DNA of 64,000 bases from Spirochaetota bacterium (GCA_016932015.1 JAFGDQ010000037.1:19918-83917), one strand, 5' to 3'. Numbered from the stretch's first letter, positions 11,094-21,546 are shown. Translations and numbers: made by a program. Notes: a model not told the origin generated them from the sequence alone.

Positions 11094-11157
11094 TAAAAAC
11101 TATCATTATAATGTATTGTAACGATAAATAATTCCGGTTATTCTTGAAAGAAAAATC

Positions 11158-11517
11158 CTATGAAAGAGCTTTTTCAGCTGCTTTTTGCAATCTTTCCGGT
11201 GGGAATGGTTTTACAACAAAATCTTTAACTCCGATTTTAATTGCTTTTGTTAATAAATTTTCCTGACCAAGTGCTGTAACCATAATAATTTTTGCAGATG
11301 GATCTATCTGTAATATCTCCTCTGCCGCTTCAATACCGTCTTTCTCCCTCATTGTAATATCCATTGTAACAAGATCCGGCTTAAGCTTTTTATAATTTTC
11401 TACTGCAATATTTCCATTTTCAGCTTCACCGACAATTTCATGTCCCTTCGGTACAAGAGCATCTTTGACTAGTGTTCTCATGAATTTCGCATCATCTACT
11501 ATTAAAATCCTGGCCAT
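11158..11517 (-). CDS. cheY: chemotaxis response regulator CheY
   Basis: 119 aa; receiver domain with DD...D...K pattern. Confidence 0.85.
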   Translation of the reverse strand: MARILIVDDAKFMRTLVKDALVPKGHEIVGEAENGNIAVENYKKLKPDLVTMDITMREKDGIEAAEEILQIDPSAKIIMVTALGQENLLTKAIKIGVKDFVVKPFPPERLQKAAEKALS

Positions 11518-11663
11518 TTTTTTTCTCCATTAAATTGATAAAGATTAAATAGTGACTAAACCTATTTTATAAGTTTTTTTACAAGTAATCAACAAAAATT
11601 TATACTTTTTAATTTAAAGTGTATAAAAATAAAAAAATGTACATAAATTAGTCCGTCTATCAA

Positions 11664-12734
11664 TTATAACTTACTGATAATTGAATTAGCAATATCATAT
11701 AAGGAAACTACTTCATTAATTGCTCCATTCTGAATAGCTACTCTGTTCATTCCAAAAACAACTGAAGTTTCTTCGTCTTGTGCAAAAGTATATCCTCCAA
11801 GATCTTTAACCTTCTTGATACCCTTTGCTCCATCCTGCCCCATTCCGGTCATTATTACACAAACTGAATCTTTGCCGTAATTATCCGCAACAGAATCAAA
11901 CATTACATCAATAGACGGAATATGGCCTGACACTTTATCTCCTCGCACCAATCGGATGACTTTTTCTCCGTTCTCTTCAGCAATTTTTATATGTGCATCC
12001 CCGGGAGCCAGATAACCGCATCCTGGATAAATCTTGTCCCCGTCCTCAGCCTCCTTTACATTCAGCCCTGAATTATTATTAAGCCTCTCTGCAAAGGCTT
12101 TGGTAAATCCTGCAGGCATATGCTGGACTATGAATACCGGTGCAGGAAAAGCGGCAGGTATTTTTTTGAATATACTCACTAACGCAGAAGGCCCCCCGGT
12201 TGAAGTACCGATAGCAACTGCCTTATCGCTCGTCTCCTGAATTACTTCCAACTGCCCTTTTTCCTCTACAAGTTCAGGTTCTTTTTTTAATACAGTCTCA
12301 GGTTCTTCTTTTTTTATCGGTATTTTCAGTTCTGCATGATGAACCTGCTTAACTTTTTCAATTAATACACCAGACAGTTCTTTCAATGTTATTGGAAGAT
12401 TTGTGGCCGGTTTAGGAATAAAATCAACAGCCCCGTATTCAAGTGCCTTAAATGTTTCTTCAGCTCCATGCTGAGTTAAAACACTTATCATTATTACAGG
12501 CTTCGGATTTTTTTCTATAATCCTTTTTAAAGATTCTAGGCCGTCCATTACCGGCATTTCAATATCCATTGTAATAACATCAGGATTTAACAAATCGTTT
12601 TTATAGATAGCTGTCTTGCCATTATTTGCTGTACCCACAACTTCGATATCTGGATCGCTTGACAGAATATCGGTAATAACCTTTCTCACCAGAGAGGAAT
12701 CTTCTACTACAAGTACTTTTATCTTTTTTTCCAT
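11664..12734 (-). CDS. cheB: chemotaxis protein-glutamate methylesterase CheB (REC + methylesterase)
   Basis: 356 aa; N-terminal receiver domain; C-terminal GTSTGGP and catalytic His/Asp region. Confidence 0.9.
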   Translation of the reverse strand: MEKKIKVLVVEDSSLVRKVITDILSSDPDIEVVGTANNGKTAIYKNDLLNPDVITMDIEMPVMDGLESLKRIIEKNPKPVIMISVLTQHGAEETFKALEYGAVDFIPKPATNLPITLKELSGVLIEKVKQVHHAELKIPIKKEEPETVLKKEPELVEEKGQLEVIQETSDKAVAIGTSTGGPSALVSIFKKIPAAFPAPVFIVQHMPAGFTKAFAERLNNNSGLNVKEAEDGDKIYPGCGYLAPGDAHIKIAEENGEKVIRLVRGDKVSGHIPSIDVMFDSVADNYGKDSVCVIMTGMGQDGAKGIKKVKDLGGYTFAQDEETSVVFGMNRVAIQNGAINEVVSLYDIANSIISKL

Positions 12735-12798
12735 TTTAACTCTAATGTATTTAATATTATTTTAATATAATTTTATTAACACACATCATACAACAGAA

Positions 12799-15700
12799 TC
12801 AGGAATTCTTCAACATATTTATCATTCTCTTCAAAGATTCTGTTTCTGATAAGATTATCAAATTTCCAATAACTTTATCATCCTGATGGAAGAAATAAGT
12901 ATTCATGGACATTGCATAATCACCGGTAATATTATTCTGTAATAATACGGAATCAACTGTGGACTGTATATAATCATGAATAACAGTTGGGACATCAGGC
13001 CTGATTGATAAATTTATTTTCTCAGATAATGCATTAATCATTGAAGAACCTATTATGTTTGTCAGCTCTTTCAAAGCTGATTCACCATCCTGATCAAGTG
13101 TCTTGGTTTTTCCTGTAGACATTCCGTACAATAAATCAATCAGTTCAAAGCCGGATTCTTCGGTAAAACTGAAAAGGACAGCACCGTTAATATCTCCGGT
13201 TACAGGCATAAAAACACCAAGATAAACCGTATCAATGTCACCTATTGATTTTGCAATATTTTTTATTGGTACAATTTCTACCTCTGGAATTGAAAGTGAA
13301 ACGCCTTTATCAAGAATCCTGGAAAGAGACTCAGCCGCATTTGCCGCTCCGATATTTGCAATTACGTCAATTTTTTCCATGTCTTTTTTTTCTATCTCAA
13401 GTGACTTAATAATAACGTCATCACTATCGACATTTACATTGGACATAATATTGTCCTCAAGTTCCTGTCTGAACCCGTTTAAAGTTTCTTTAACTTTATC
13501 CTCAATATCATCATCTTTGACAAAGTTTTTTTCTTCAGCTGACTGATCACTTATAACAGTAGTCGATTCAGCCATCTTTTTATCACTATCATTAACTTCA
13601 TCTTTGTAAGACTGAATAATATCGTCTTTTGTATCACTTGTTATATCTTCAGGCTGATCCGGTATTTTCTCTATGGTCTCCGGTTCTTCAACAACATCCT
13701 CTTTATTAAATATAATATCTTCTGTAATATCCTTTTCCTCATGCTCTGAAGAGATATCAATTCCAAACTCTGTGTCCTCATCTATAGTAAGACTTTCCGA
13801 TGATATGTCTGTGACTGGAGTCGGTTTAGGTTTTACTGGTTCAGACTTGATTTTTCCCGATTCCTCCTGTTCATCAAACAGAATCACAGGCTCTGGTTCC
13901 ACTTCAGAGACTTCTTTTTCAATTTCCACGACCCTTTCATCAATTCTTTTAATGTCGAGGTCTCCTGATTTCCTGTATCTGAGCATTTTTTCTTCGTCAG
14001 AAATAACTTTATTAATCATGGATGCAATATCAAGAATCAGACAGATACTGCCGTCACCGAGTATTGATGCACCGGAGAGACCGTCAATATTAGTATAATT
14101 CTCTTCAAGCGACTTAATTACTATTTCCTGTTTTCCTTCAAGGCTATCAACAATAACGCCTATTTTTCTGTTTCCATATCCGACAACTACCACAGGAGTC
14201 TTCATCTCTTCGGTAAGAGAACTGTTTATTCCGATAAATTCGTTTAGCCTTAACAGGGATAATATTTCACCTCTTAAATTAATTACCTCCCTGCCTTCAA
14301 TAGTGGTAATGTCTGATTGTATTATCTTTATTGTTTCTATAACATCAGGCAGCGGAATCGAATACATTTCCTCCCGTACTTTGACCATAATTGCCGGTAT
14401 AATTGCCAGAGTCAGCGGGAATGCCAGAATAAAATTTGTACCCATTCCCGGTTCCGTCTCTATGCGGACACTGCCGTTTAATTCGTTCACAGTCTCTTTT
14501 ACAACATTCATGCCAACACCGCGGCCGGATATATCTGTTACAATATCCGCTGTTGAAAATCCTGGATGAAAAATAAACTCGCAGATGTCATCATTGCTCA
14601 TATTATCTAACATCTCAGGACCCACAAGATTTTTCTTCAAAGCAATCTTGCGAATTTTTTCAATATCAAGGCCTTTACCGTCATCCCCGACTTCTACAAA
14701 AATCTGATTACCTCCCTGATAAGCATTAATACTTACAACAGCCTCTTCAGGCTTGCCAAGCCTTCTTCTTTCCTCAGGCTTCTCGACACCATGATCAATT
14801 GAATTTCTCAGGAGATGCAGCAGTGGTTCTCCAATTACATCAATGACCTTTTTATCAAGCTCAGTATCCTCTCCTTTTATTACAAATTTAATATTCTTCT
14901 TAAATTCCTTTGCAAGATCTCTTACAGGCCTGTTGAACCTTGAAAGCACCTGTCCAATAGGAACCATTCTTGTCTGCATTATCCGGCTTTGTAAATCTTT
15001 AGCGATTCTGGACATCTGATCCATTCTGTTCTTGAATTCGCCTATAATTGACTTGTCCGTATTTGTTTTTTTAAGATCATCAAAAAGACTGAAGAATCCG
15101 GAATTTGCGATAACAAGCTCCCCGACCGTGTTTAAGAGCAGATCAAGTTTATCAACAGATACTTTTACTATTTTCAGACTTACAGCTTTTTTATCTTCCT
15201 TTCTTCTGCCGAAAGCTATCTCTTCATGATCTTCATCATATAAAGCAGAAGTCTTATCAACTGTAATATTCTCCGGAGACTGAGAAGTTATTTCTGCTTC
15301 AGAAGGATTTTCTTCCTCCTTTTCCTGGAAAAGAACTTCTTTATCATGAAATTTCATAGCTGTTTTATTGTTCTTTTTCGATAGAGATACTTTCCTAATC
15401 TCAACCCGATTAATCTGATCAATAACACATACTTCTTTTATTTTTTCAACCGGTTGGTCAGTAAAAAATGTTATTTTGAATGAACTGTCCTTCCAGTCAT
15501 CAGAAATATTATCAACTTCAGGTTCACTTTTTATTACTTCAACAAATTGATCCAGGCTGTTCATTATTAACTGAATTTTTATCCATTTCATCTGAGCATC
15601 TGGATCTATTTCTATGTATAATTCATAACAGGGCTTTTCAATTTTGAGCCCTCCTGTCAGAGTTTTAATTTCATTTTGAGTATATTGAATTTTAGAATTT

Positions 15701-16143
15701 TCTTTCTTTTTTTCTTTTAAACCTGATTCTTTCGCCGGTTCAACGGCATTGGAATTATCTGCAATGTTTTTTATTTTTCTGATCGTCACTGATAAATCCT
15801 GTGTAGGCTCTTCTCCTGAAGCAACAGAATTAATTATTGAATTTATTAAATCAAAGCACTCAAAGAGTACCTCGATTATTTCCGGTGTCATCTTCATTGT
15901 TTCATCCCGGACACCCTGTAGAAGATTCTCCATATGATGAGCAAGATCGCTAAGATCATTTAAGCCTACAAAAGCAGCAGAACTCTTAAGGGAATGAGCT
16001 GTTCTGAAAATACTGTTTATTGTTTCTGTGTGAATCTGGTCCGGATTTTTTTCAAGTTCCAGAAGACTCTGGTTCAATTCCTGCAGTTGTTCATCTGCTT
16101 CTTCAAGAAAAATGTCCTGATATTCCCCAATAGTAAAAGCCAT
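12799..16143 (-). CDS. cheA: chemotaxis histidine kinase CheA with C-terminal CheC/CheX-like phosphatase domain
   Basis: 1114 aa; P1 HPt (FRTAHSLKSSAAFVG), P2, P3, HATPase (NSIDHGVE..GRGVGM), P5 CheW-like domain; about 150-aa acidic linker; C-terminal about 220 aa carrying CheC-family motifs (ANIGAANAAESLSRIL and ELTNIIGSSMINALSE). Confidence 0.9.
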   Translation of the reverse strand: MAFTIGEYQDIFLEEADEQLQELNQSLLELEKNPDQIHTETINSIFRTAHSLKSSAAFVGLNDLSDLAHHMENLLQGVRDETMKMTPEIIEVLFECFDLINSIINSVASGEEPTQDLSVTIRKIKNIADNSNAVEPAKESGLKEKKKENSKIQYTQNEIKTLTGGLKIEKPCYELYIEIDPDAQMKWIKIQLIMNSLDQFVEVIKSEPEVDNISDDWKDSSFKITFFTDQPVEKIKEVCVIDQINRVEIRKVSLSKKNNKTAMKFHDKEVLFQEKEEENPSEAEITSQSPENITVDKTSALYDEDHEEIAFGRRKEDKKAVSLKIVKVSVDKLDLLLNTVGELVIANSGFFSLFDDLKKTNTDKSIIGEFKNRMDQMSRIAKDLQSRIMQTRMVPIGQVLSRFNRPVRDLAKEFKKNIKFVIKGEDTELDKKVIDVIGEPLLHLLRNSIDHGVEKPEERRRLGKPEEAVVSINAYQGGNQIFVEVGDDGKGLDIEKIRKIALKKNLVGPEMLDNMSNDDICEFIFHPGFSTADIVTDISGRGVGMNVVKETVNELNGSVRIETEPGMGTNFILAFPLTLAIIPAIMVKVREEMYSIPLPDVIETIKIIQSDITTIEGREVINLRGEILSLLRLNEFIGINSSLTEEMKTPVVVVGYGNRKIGVIVDSLEGKQEIVIKSLEENYTNIDGLSGASILGDGSICLILDIASMINKVISDEEKMLRYRKSGDLDIKRIDERVVEIEKEVSEVEPEPVILFDEQEESGKIKSEPVKPKPTPVTDISSESLTIDEDTEFGIDISSEHEEKDITEDIIFNKEDVVEEPETIEKIPDQPEDITSDTKDDIIQSYKDEVNDSDKKMAESTTVISDQSAEEKNFVKDDDIEDKVKETLNGFRQELEDNIMSNVNVDSDDVIIKSLEIEKKDMEKIDVIANIGAANAAESLSRILDKGVSLSIPEVEIVPIKNIAKSIGDIDTVYLGVFMPVTGDINGAVLFSFTEESGFELIDLLYGMSTGKTKTLDQDGESALKELTNIIGSSMINALSEKINLSIRPDVPTVIHDYIQSTVDSVLLQNNITGDYAMSMNTYFFHQDDKVIGNLIILSETESLKRMINMLKNS

Positions 16144-16183
16144 ATAATTCTCCAGTCCTGTTAAATTAAATTATCCTTTTTCC

Positions 16184-16705
16184 TTATTCAGTTTTTTCAG
16201 GAAACAACATATTATCCAACTTCAGGATAATCATCAATCTGTTCCTTAACCTGCCTACACCATGAATAAATTCCGCTGAAACACCTTCAATCAATTCAGA
16301 CGGAGAACTAATATTATCTTTGGGAATTCTGATGACCTGAAAAACTCTATCAACCAGTAATCCAATAAGTTTGCTTCCCACGCCAACAACAATTATTCTT
16401 GTTTCTTCCGTAAATTTATTCTCAGAATAACCGAATCTCTTTCTAACATTGACAACCGGAATAACTTTACCCCTAAGATTAATTACACCCATTATAAAAT
16501 CCGGTGTATTAGGAAGCCTGCTAATATCTACAACTCGTAATATTTCATGAATTTGAAGAATATCGATCCCGTATTCCACCTCATTAGACAATGAAAAACT
16601 TACAATCTGTTCGATATCATCCTCTGAAACAAGTTCATCATCCTGTTCAATACTGTCTTCATCAAGCGTTGAAACTGTACGTTCAACGATTTCGTTTTTA
16701 TTCAT
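16184..16705 (-). CDS. cheW: chemotaxis coupling protein CheW
   Basis: 173 aa; CheW domain (GIDILQIHEI...GVINLRGKVIPVVN). Confidence 0.9.
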   Translation of the reverse strand: MNKNEIVERTVSTLDEDSIEQDDELVSEDDIEQIVSFSLSNEVEYGIDILQIHEILRVVDISRLPNTPDFIMGVINLRGKVIPVVNVRKRFGYSENKFTEETRIIVVGVGSKLIGLLVDRVFQVIRIPKDNISSPSELIEGVSAEFIHGVGRLRNRLMIILKLDNMLFPEKTE

Positions 16706-16977
16706 AAATATTTAAACTCCGTTGTTATTTATATTTACAAAATTGGACGTTTTCGAATATAATTTTTAAACCAGCTTATTAATAAATATATAATATTTTA
16801 TCAAAAAAATCGGATTCTACTTGAAATTCATTATTATCACTATTAGTAAAATAGTCCCTAATTATATTTTCGTCATATTTATTAAATGTGTATAAAATTT
16901 TATAATATCGAGTTAACTTTTTCAAGTTTTTTTAGAATATTTGCAAAAATAAACTTATTAAATAATAATAGAAACTC

Positions 16978-17553
16978 ATGCCTCAAAATATTAACATTAA
17001 AAAAATTCCGACAATGGAGCAATGCTATCAAATTATATCAGACAGTAAAATGCTTCCAAATATAGTCAAACACTCAGAACAGGTAATGAATGTAGCGTTA
17101 ATCATCTTCAATAATTTAAAACCGGGCATTAACCTGAATAAAAATCTGATTCTCTCCGGATCCTTACTGCATGACATTAAAAAAACAGAATCATTAACTT
17201 CCAGAGAGCCTCATGACATAATTGGAGCTGAATTCGTTAAAAATCTTGGATATATTGAACTGGCAGAAATTATTGAAGAACATGTAATTTTAAAAAATTT
17301 TATTCCTGAAGGCCCTCTCCTTGAAAAAGAAATCGTATTTTACGCTGATAAACGTGTTATGCATGATGAAATTGTCAGTGTTGAAAAAAGAATTGATGAT
17401 ATCCTCATCAGATATGGAAAAACAAAAAGAAGAAGAATCGAAATATTAAAAAACAAAAAAATAATACTGGAAGTTGAAAAGAAGGTTATTTTTAATTTAA
17501 AAAATGATATCGGGGAAATATTAAAAAACAATCATACAGCTTCCTTTAATTAA
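16978..17553 (+). CDS. HD-domain phosphohydrolase (YqeK-like)
   Basis: 191 aa; H...HD motif (HSEQV...LLHDIKK) and FYADK region. Confidence 0.6.
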   Translation: MPQNINIKKIPTMEQCYQIISDSKMLPNIVKHSEQVMNVALIIFNNLKPGINLNKNLILSGSLLHDIKKTESLTSREPHDIIGAEFVKNLGYIELAEIIEEHVILKNFIPEGPLLEKEIVFYADKRVMHDEIVSVEKRIDDILIRYGKTKRRRIEILKNKKIILEVEKKVIFNLKNDIGEILKNNHTASFN

Positions 17554-17556
17554 AAA

Positions 17557-17883
17557 TCAGAATTTCTTACGCTCCTTATTATGTCCAAGTCTGTTCATTA
17601 TATATACAGCAATATAAGCACCAATAATCCCGGCAATTATATTAACTCCTGTATCATATACAAGAAAACTGAGTACTTTAATCGTAATATCAAGAAAAAG
17701 TTTATCCAGAATAAATCCACCGATTAATGCCCCTACTATTCCAACAGCAAATCCGCCGGTATATCCGCCAAAAAGTTCCCTTCTTTTCATAAAGTAGAAA
17801 ATCCATGATACAAATGCGCCAATAGCCAGATATATGGCAATTGCTAGAAGTTTCATTAAAAAACCCATTAAATCTTCAGACAT
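17557..17883 (-). CDS. small membrane protein, GlsB/YeaQ/YmgE-like
   Basis: 108 aa; three hydrophobic segments with Gly-rich GALIGGFILD motif. Confidence 0.5.
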   Translation of the reverse strand: MSEDLMGFLMKLLAIAIYLAIGAFVSWIFYFMKRRELFGGYTGGFAVGIVGALIGGFILDKLFLDITIKVLSFLVYDTGVNIIAGIIGAYIAVYIMNRLGHNKERKKF

Positions 17884-18130
17884 AAATACCTCTGCACGCG
17901 GATTAAATAATCTATTACGTTATTTGTTGTTTAATTCGTATATCTGTCAATTATTTATTGCTTTTAAAAACCGAAGCTGCATAAAAGTAATTTAAGATAT
18001 AAATTTTGAAAAATCAAATAACACTCAATATTTATAATGATTTTCATTTAACTTTAAAAAAATAAAACTCTTGAAGTAATATAAAATTATATTTTTATTT
18101 AGATTACTATTTTATTACCAATGTAAAATT

Positions 18131-20182
18131 ATGCCTATAGAAGATAATACAAAAAATTTTAAACCAAATGAAAAGGATCCGGAATTGCTGATTTCCCATT
18201 TGAAATCTGTTATTCTTGAAAAAGATCCTGATGCAGATATCGATACAATTGATAAAGCCTATAAATTCGCATATGACTCTCACAAAAACCAACTCAGACT
18301 TTCCGGAGAGCCCTACATAACACATCCTCTGCAGGTTGCTATAATACTGGCTAATCTGAATCTCGATATAACAACAATTACAGCAGCCCTATTGCATGAT
18401 GTTATTGAAGATACTAAAACAAATTTTGATATTATTAAAAATAAATTTTCGGAAGAGACTGCTGTATTAGTCGACGGCGTTACAAAAATTTCTTCATTAA
18501 AGAAAAAAACAAAATACGATGAAGCGCATAATCTTCGGAAAATGCTGCTCGCAACAATCAATGATATCAGAGTAATATTAATAAAACTCGCGGATAAACT
18601 CCATAATATGAGGACTATAAGATATCAGAATCCTGACAAACAGAAACAAATAGCCGGGGAAGTCCTTGACATTTACGCTCCACTTGCCAACAGGCTGGGT
18701 ATATCACAAATTGCATCGGAAATATCCGACATTGCATTTGAAATTATTTATCCGGAAGAATATTCAGAAATAGTAACCAAAATTACCCATAACAGAGATG
18801 AAATTGAAAAATATATCATCAATATCCAGGAAATACTTAATAAGAGATTTAAGGAACTCGGCATTAAAGCTGAAATAACCGGGAGGGCAAAACATTATTA
18901 CTCAATTTTCCAGAAAATGGAAAAGCAGAATAAATCACTGAAAGATATTTTTGATATACGCGCTGTCAGAATTATAACCGATGAACTGAAAGACTGTTAC
19001 GGTATTCTTGGCGTAATTCACACCCTCTGGTCTCCAATCAGCTCAAGATTCAAAGACTATATTGCTGTTCCGAAATCAAATATGTATCAATCTATTCATA
19101 CAACTGTAATCGGTCCGCAGGGGCACCCCCTTGAGATTCAAATAAGGACCAGAGAAATGCATATTACTGCTGAAATAGGAATTGCGGCACACTGGTTATA
19201 CAAAGAAAATCCAAAAACAAAGTCGAGGGAATATAAAGAAATAACGCTTTTAAAAAATATTCAAAAACGCCAGTTCGTCAATGACAGGCCCAAAGATTTT
19301 CTAAAAGAATTGAAGATGGATCTTTATACTGATGAAATATTTACTTTCACTCCAAGAGGGAAAATTATCAAACTGGCAAAAGGTGCTACACCCGTGGATT
19401 TCGCTTACGCAATACATACTGAAATCGGACATCATTGCATCGGCGCAAAAGTTAATAATAAAATTGTTCCCCTGAAATCAGAACTTAACAGCGGTGATAT
19501 AGTTGAAATCAGGACAGGTAACAAAGAGCATCCGTCAGAATCCTGGCTTAAATTTGTTAAGAGTTCAAATGCAAGATACAAGATAAGAAACTGGTTAAGA
19601 AAAAATAAGGATTCAAATCCAAATATTGAAAAAGACCAGAAAGAGCAAAAAACTATTGAGGTGTCAATTCCGAATAATGAATTATTTAAAATTAAGGATT
19701 ATTCAGGAAGGAATAAACAGAATCTTTTTATTGACGGCACATCAAATATCTTAATAAAACTCTCTCAATGCTGTCAACCGATTCCGGGTGACGAGGTAGT
19801 AGGTTTCATTACCAGAGGACGCGGACTGACTGTTCATAAAAAGACATGTCCATCATTATTGCGTCTTAAAGCTGAAAAGGAAAGATTCATTAATATCGTA
19901 TGGAAGGGATCCATCGATACTTTCCCGGTAAAAATAGCGGTACATGCCATTGATAGAAAAAATTTATTAAAAGATATTGCGGAAAAAATTTCAGCGGCAA
20001 AGACTAACATTATAAGAATGGAAGCGGACGCAAAAGAAAAAGATAATGTTATTTTCAAATTTATTCTTGAAGTTACAAGCACAGACCATTTAAGTGAACT
20101 TATGAAATTACTCAAAAACATTAAAAATATAACCAAAGTATATAAAATCAATGAGAAAGTACAGTTAAAACATAAAGAATAA
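18131..20182 (+). CDS. relA: bifunctional (p)ppGpp synthetase/hydrolase RelA/SpoT
   Basis: 683 aa; HD hydrolase (HPLQVA..LHDVIEDT), synthetase domain, TGS and C-terminal ACT. Confidence 0.9.
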   Translation: MPIEDNTKNFKPNEKDPELLISHLKSVILEKDPDADIDTIDKAYKFAYDSHKNQLRLSGEPYITHPLQVAIILANLNLDITTITAALLHDVIEDTKTNFDIIKNKFSEETAVLVDGVTKISSLKKKTKYDEAHNLRKMLLATINDIRVILIKLADKLHNMRTIRYQNPDKQKQIAGEVLDIYAPLANRLGISQIASEISDIAFEIIYPEEYSEIVTKITHNRDEIEKYIINIQEILNKRFKELGIKAEITGRAKHYYSIFQKMEKQNKSLKDIFDIRAVRIITDELKDCYGILGVIHTLWSPISSRFKDYIAVPKSNMYQSIHTTVIGPQGHPLEIQIRTREMHITAEIGIAAHWLYKENPKTKSREYKEITLLKNIQKRQFVNDRPKDFLKELKMDLYTDEIFTFTPRGKIIKLAKGATPVDFAYAIHTEIGHHCIGAKVNNKIVPLKSELNSGDIVEIRTGNKEHPSESWLKFVKSSNARYKIRNWLRKNKDSNPNIEKDQKEQKTIEVSIPNNELFKIKDYSGRNKQNLFIDGTSNILIKLSQCCQPIPGDEVVGFITRGRGLTVHKKTCPSLLRLKAEKERFINIVWKGSIDTFPVKIAVHAIDRKNLLKDIAEKISAAKTNIIRMEADAKEKDNVIFKFILEVTSTDHLSELMKLLKNIKNITKVYKINEKVQLKHKE

Positions 20183-20228
20183 GATTCAACAACTGAAAAA
20201 CAAAATTAATAAAATGTAAATAATAGAA

Positions 20229-20819
20229 ATGCAGACCATCCTTGCCTCATCATCACCACGCAGAAAAATTATATTACAAAATTATTTTGATAATTTACTA
20301 ATTGTAATTCCCTCCATTGATGAGATTGCACGAACTGATGAAGTGCCTGTAAAATTCTGCGAAAGAATCTCGAAAGAAAAAGCCAGATCAGTTTCAAAAG
20401 AAATAAACGGATCTGATTCAGTATTAATTATTTCATGTGACACGATCGTAACTATTGAAAATAATATCATTGGTAAACCTATTAATCTTAATGATGCAAT
20501 AAATAAAATCAACATGCTCAGCGGTAAAATGCATTCTGTTTTCAGCAGCATTACACTGCTTCATCAGGAAAGTGGTGAAAAAAAATATCTTACCCGAACA
20601 GAAACAAGTAATGTTAATTTCAAACAATTATCCGGCAATGATATAGTAAATTATCTTAATAAGATAAACTATATGGATAAAGCCGGAGCTTATGCGATTC
20701 AGGAACACGGGGATTTAATAATCAACTCTATTCAAGGCTCGATGACAAATATAATCGGTTTTCCGTTAAGATTATTCTTCAGAATGCTATCAGAAATGAA
20801 TTTACTTTACAAATTATAA
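20229..20819 (+). CDS. maf: Maf-like nucleoside triphosphate pyrophosphatase
   Basis: 196 aa; ILASSSPRRKIIL N-terminus typical of Maf. Confidence 0.85.
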   Translation: MQTILASSSPRRKIILQNYFDNLLIVIPSIDEIARTDEVPVKFCERISKEKARSVSKEINGSDSVLIISCDTIVTIENNIIGKPINLNDAINKINMLSGKMHSVFSSITLLHQESGEKKYLTRTETSNVNFKQLSGNDIVNYLNKINYMDKAGAYAIQEHGDLIINSIQGSMTNIIGFPLRLFFRMLSEMNLLYKL

Positions 20820-20867
20820 ATTCACATTTAAAATAATTCCATTCAATAATACAACAGGATGATATAA

Positions 20868-21410
20868 ATGAAACAGCGGAAAAAATATGTAATTGATAAA
20901 AAATTTCAGATTAAAACGACAGCATTTATTCTTGGTATAAGCTCAATCGTTGTAATCATTCTATTAAGCGCATTAAGCATATATATTACCGGTAATAATT
21001 TAAAATTAAATAACATTATAATAATTCAGGATAACGTTGTTGAAACACTGCTTACTCTTTCCCAGAACAACCAGAACGAAAGCGTAAAATTATCTATAAA
21101 TACTGCAGCAAAAAATCATCAAAACAACATTAGATCCATAAAAAATATTATAAATCTTAATACAACATTTGTAGCCATTATATTAATTATTGCTGTAATT
21201 CAGTATATAATACTATATTTTGTAATATTAAGAAAAACTCATAAAATTTCAGGCCCGGCATACGTGATATCCGGATACTTAAAAGAAATACTTAACGGCA
21301 GATATCCGGAGACAAGACCTCTCCGGAAAGGAGATGAATTAACTGAACTGCACGATATAACGGTTAAGCTTATAGATACAATGAAGGATAAAAAGATTAT
21401 ATTAAAATAG
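20868..21410 (+). CDS. membrane protein: TM - periplasmic segment - TM - HAMP-like domain, no output domain
   Basis: 180 aa; two TM helices; C-terminal PAYVISGYLKEILNG...RKGDELTELHDITVKLIDTM matches the HAMP consensus. Confidence 0.5.
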   Translation: MKQRKKYVIDKKFQIKTTAFILGISSIVVIILLSALSIYITGNNLKLNNIIIIQDNVVETLLTLSQNNQNESVKLSINTAAKNHQNNIRSIKNIINLNTTFVAIILIIAVIQYIILYFVILRKTHKISGPAYVISGYLKEILNGRYPETRPLRKGDELTELHDITVKLIDTMKDKKIILK

Positions 21411-21546
21411 TAACAATTCTTTTCATGGTAGGCATCAGCATAATACTTAAAATATAAAACTGGGTGAAACAAATATTGAAAACCGGACTTTTCATTATTA
21501 TTATCAGAATCCAAGAGATACAATCTGTTAAAGATAATAAATTCCT

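Noticed and set aside
13235-14098. Plus-strand Ser-rich ORFs (103 and 141 aa) opposite cheA
   Set aside because: These are shadow ORFs created by reading the GA-rich acidic linker codons of cheA on the antisense strand. They have no start context, and the low-complexity composition mirrors the sense strand.
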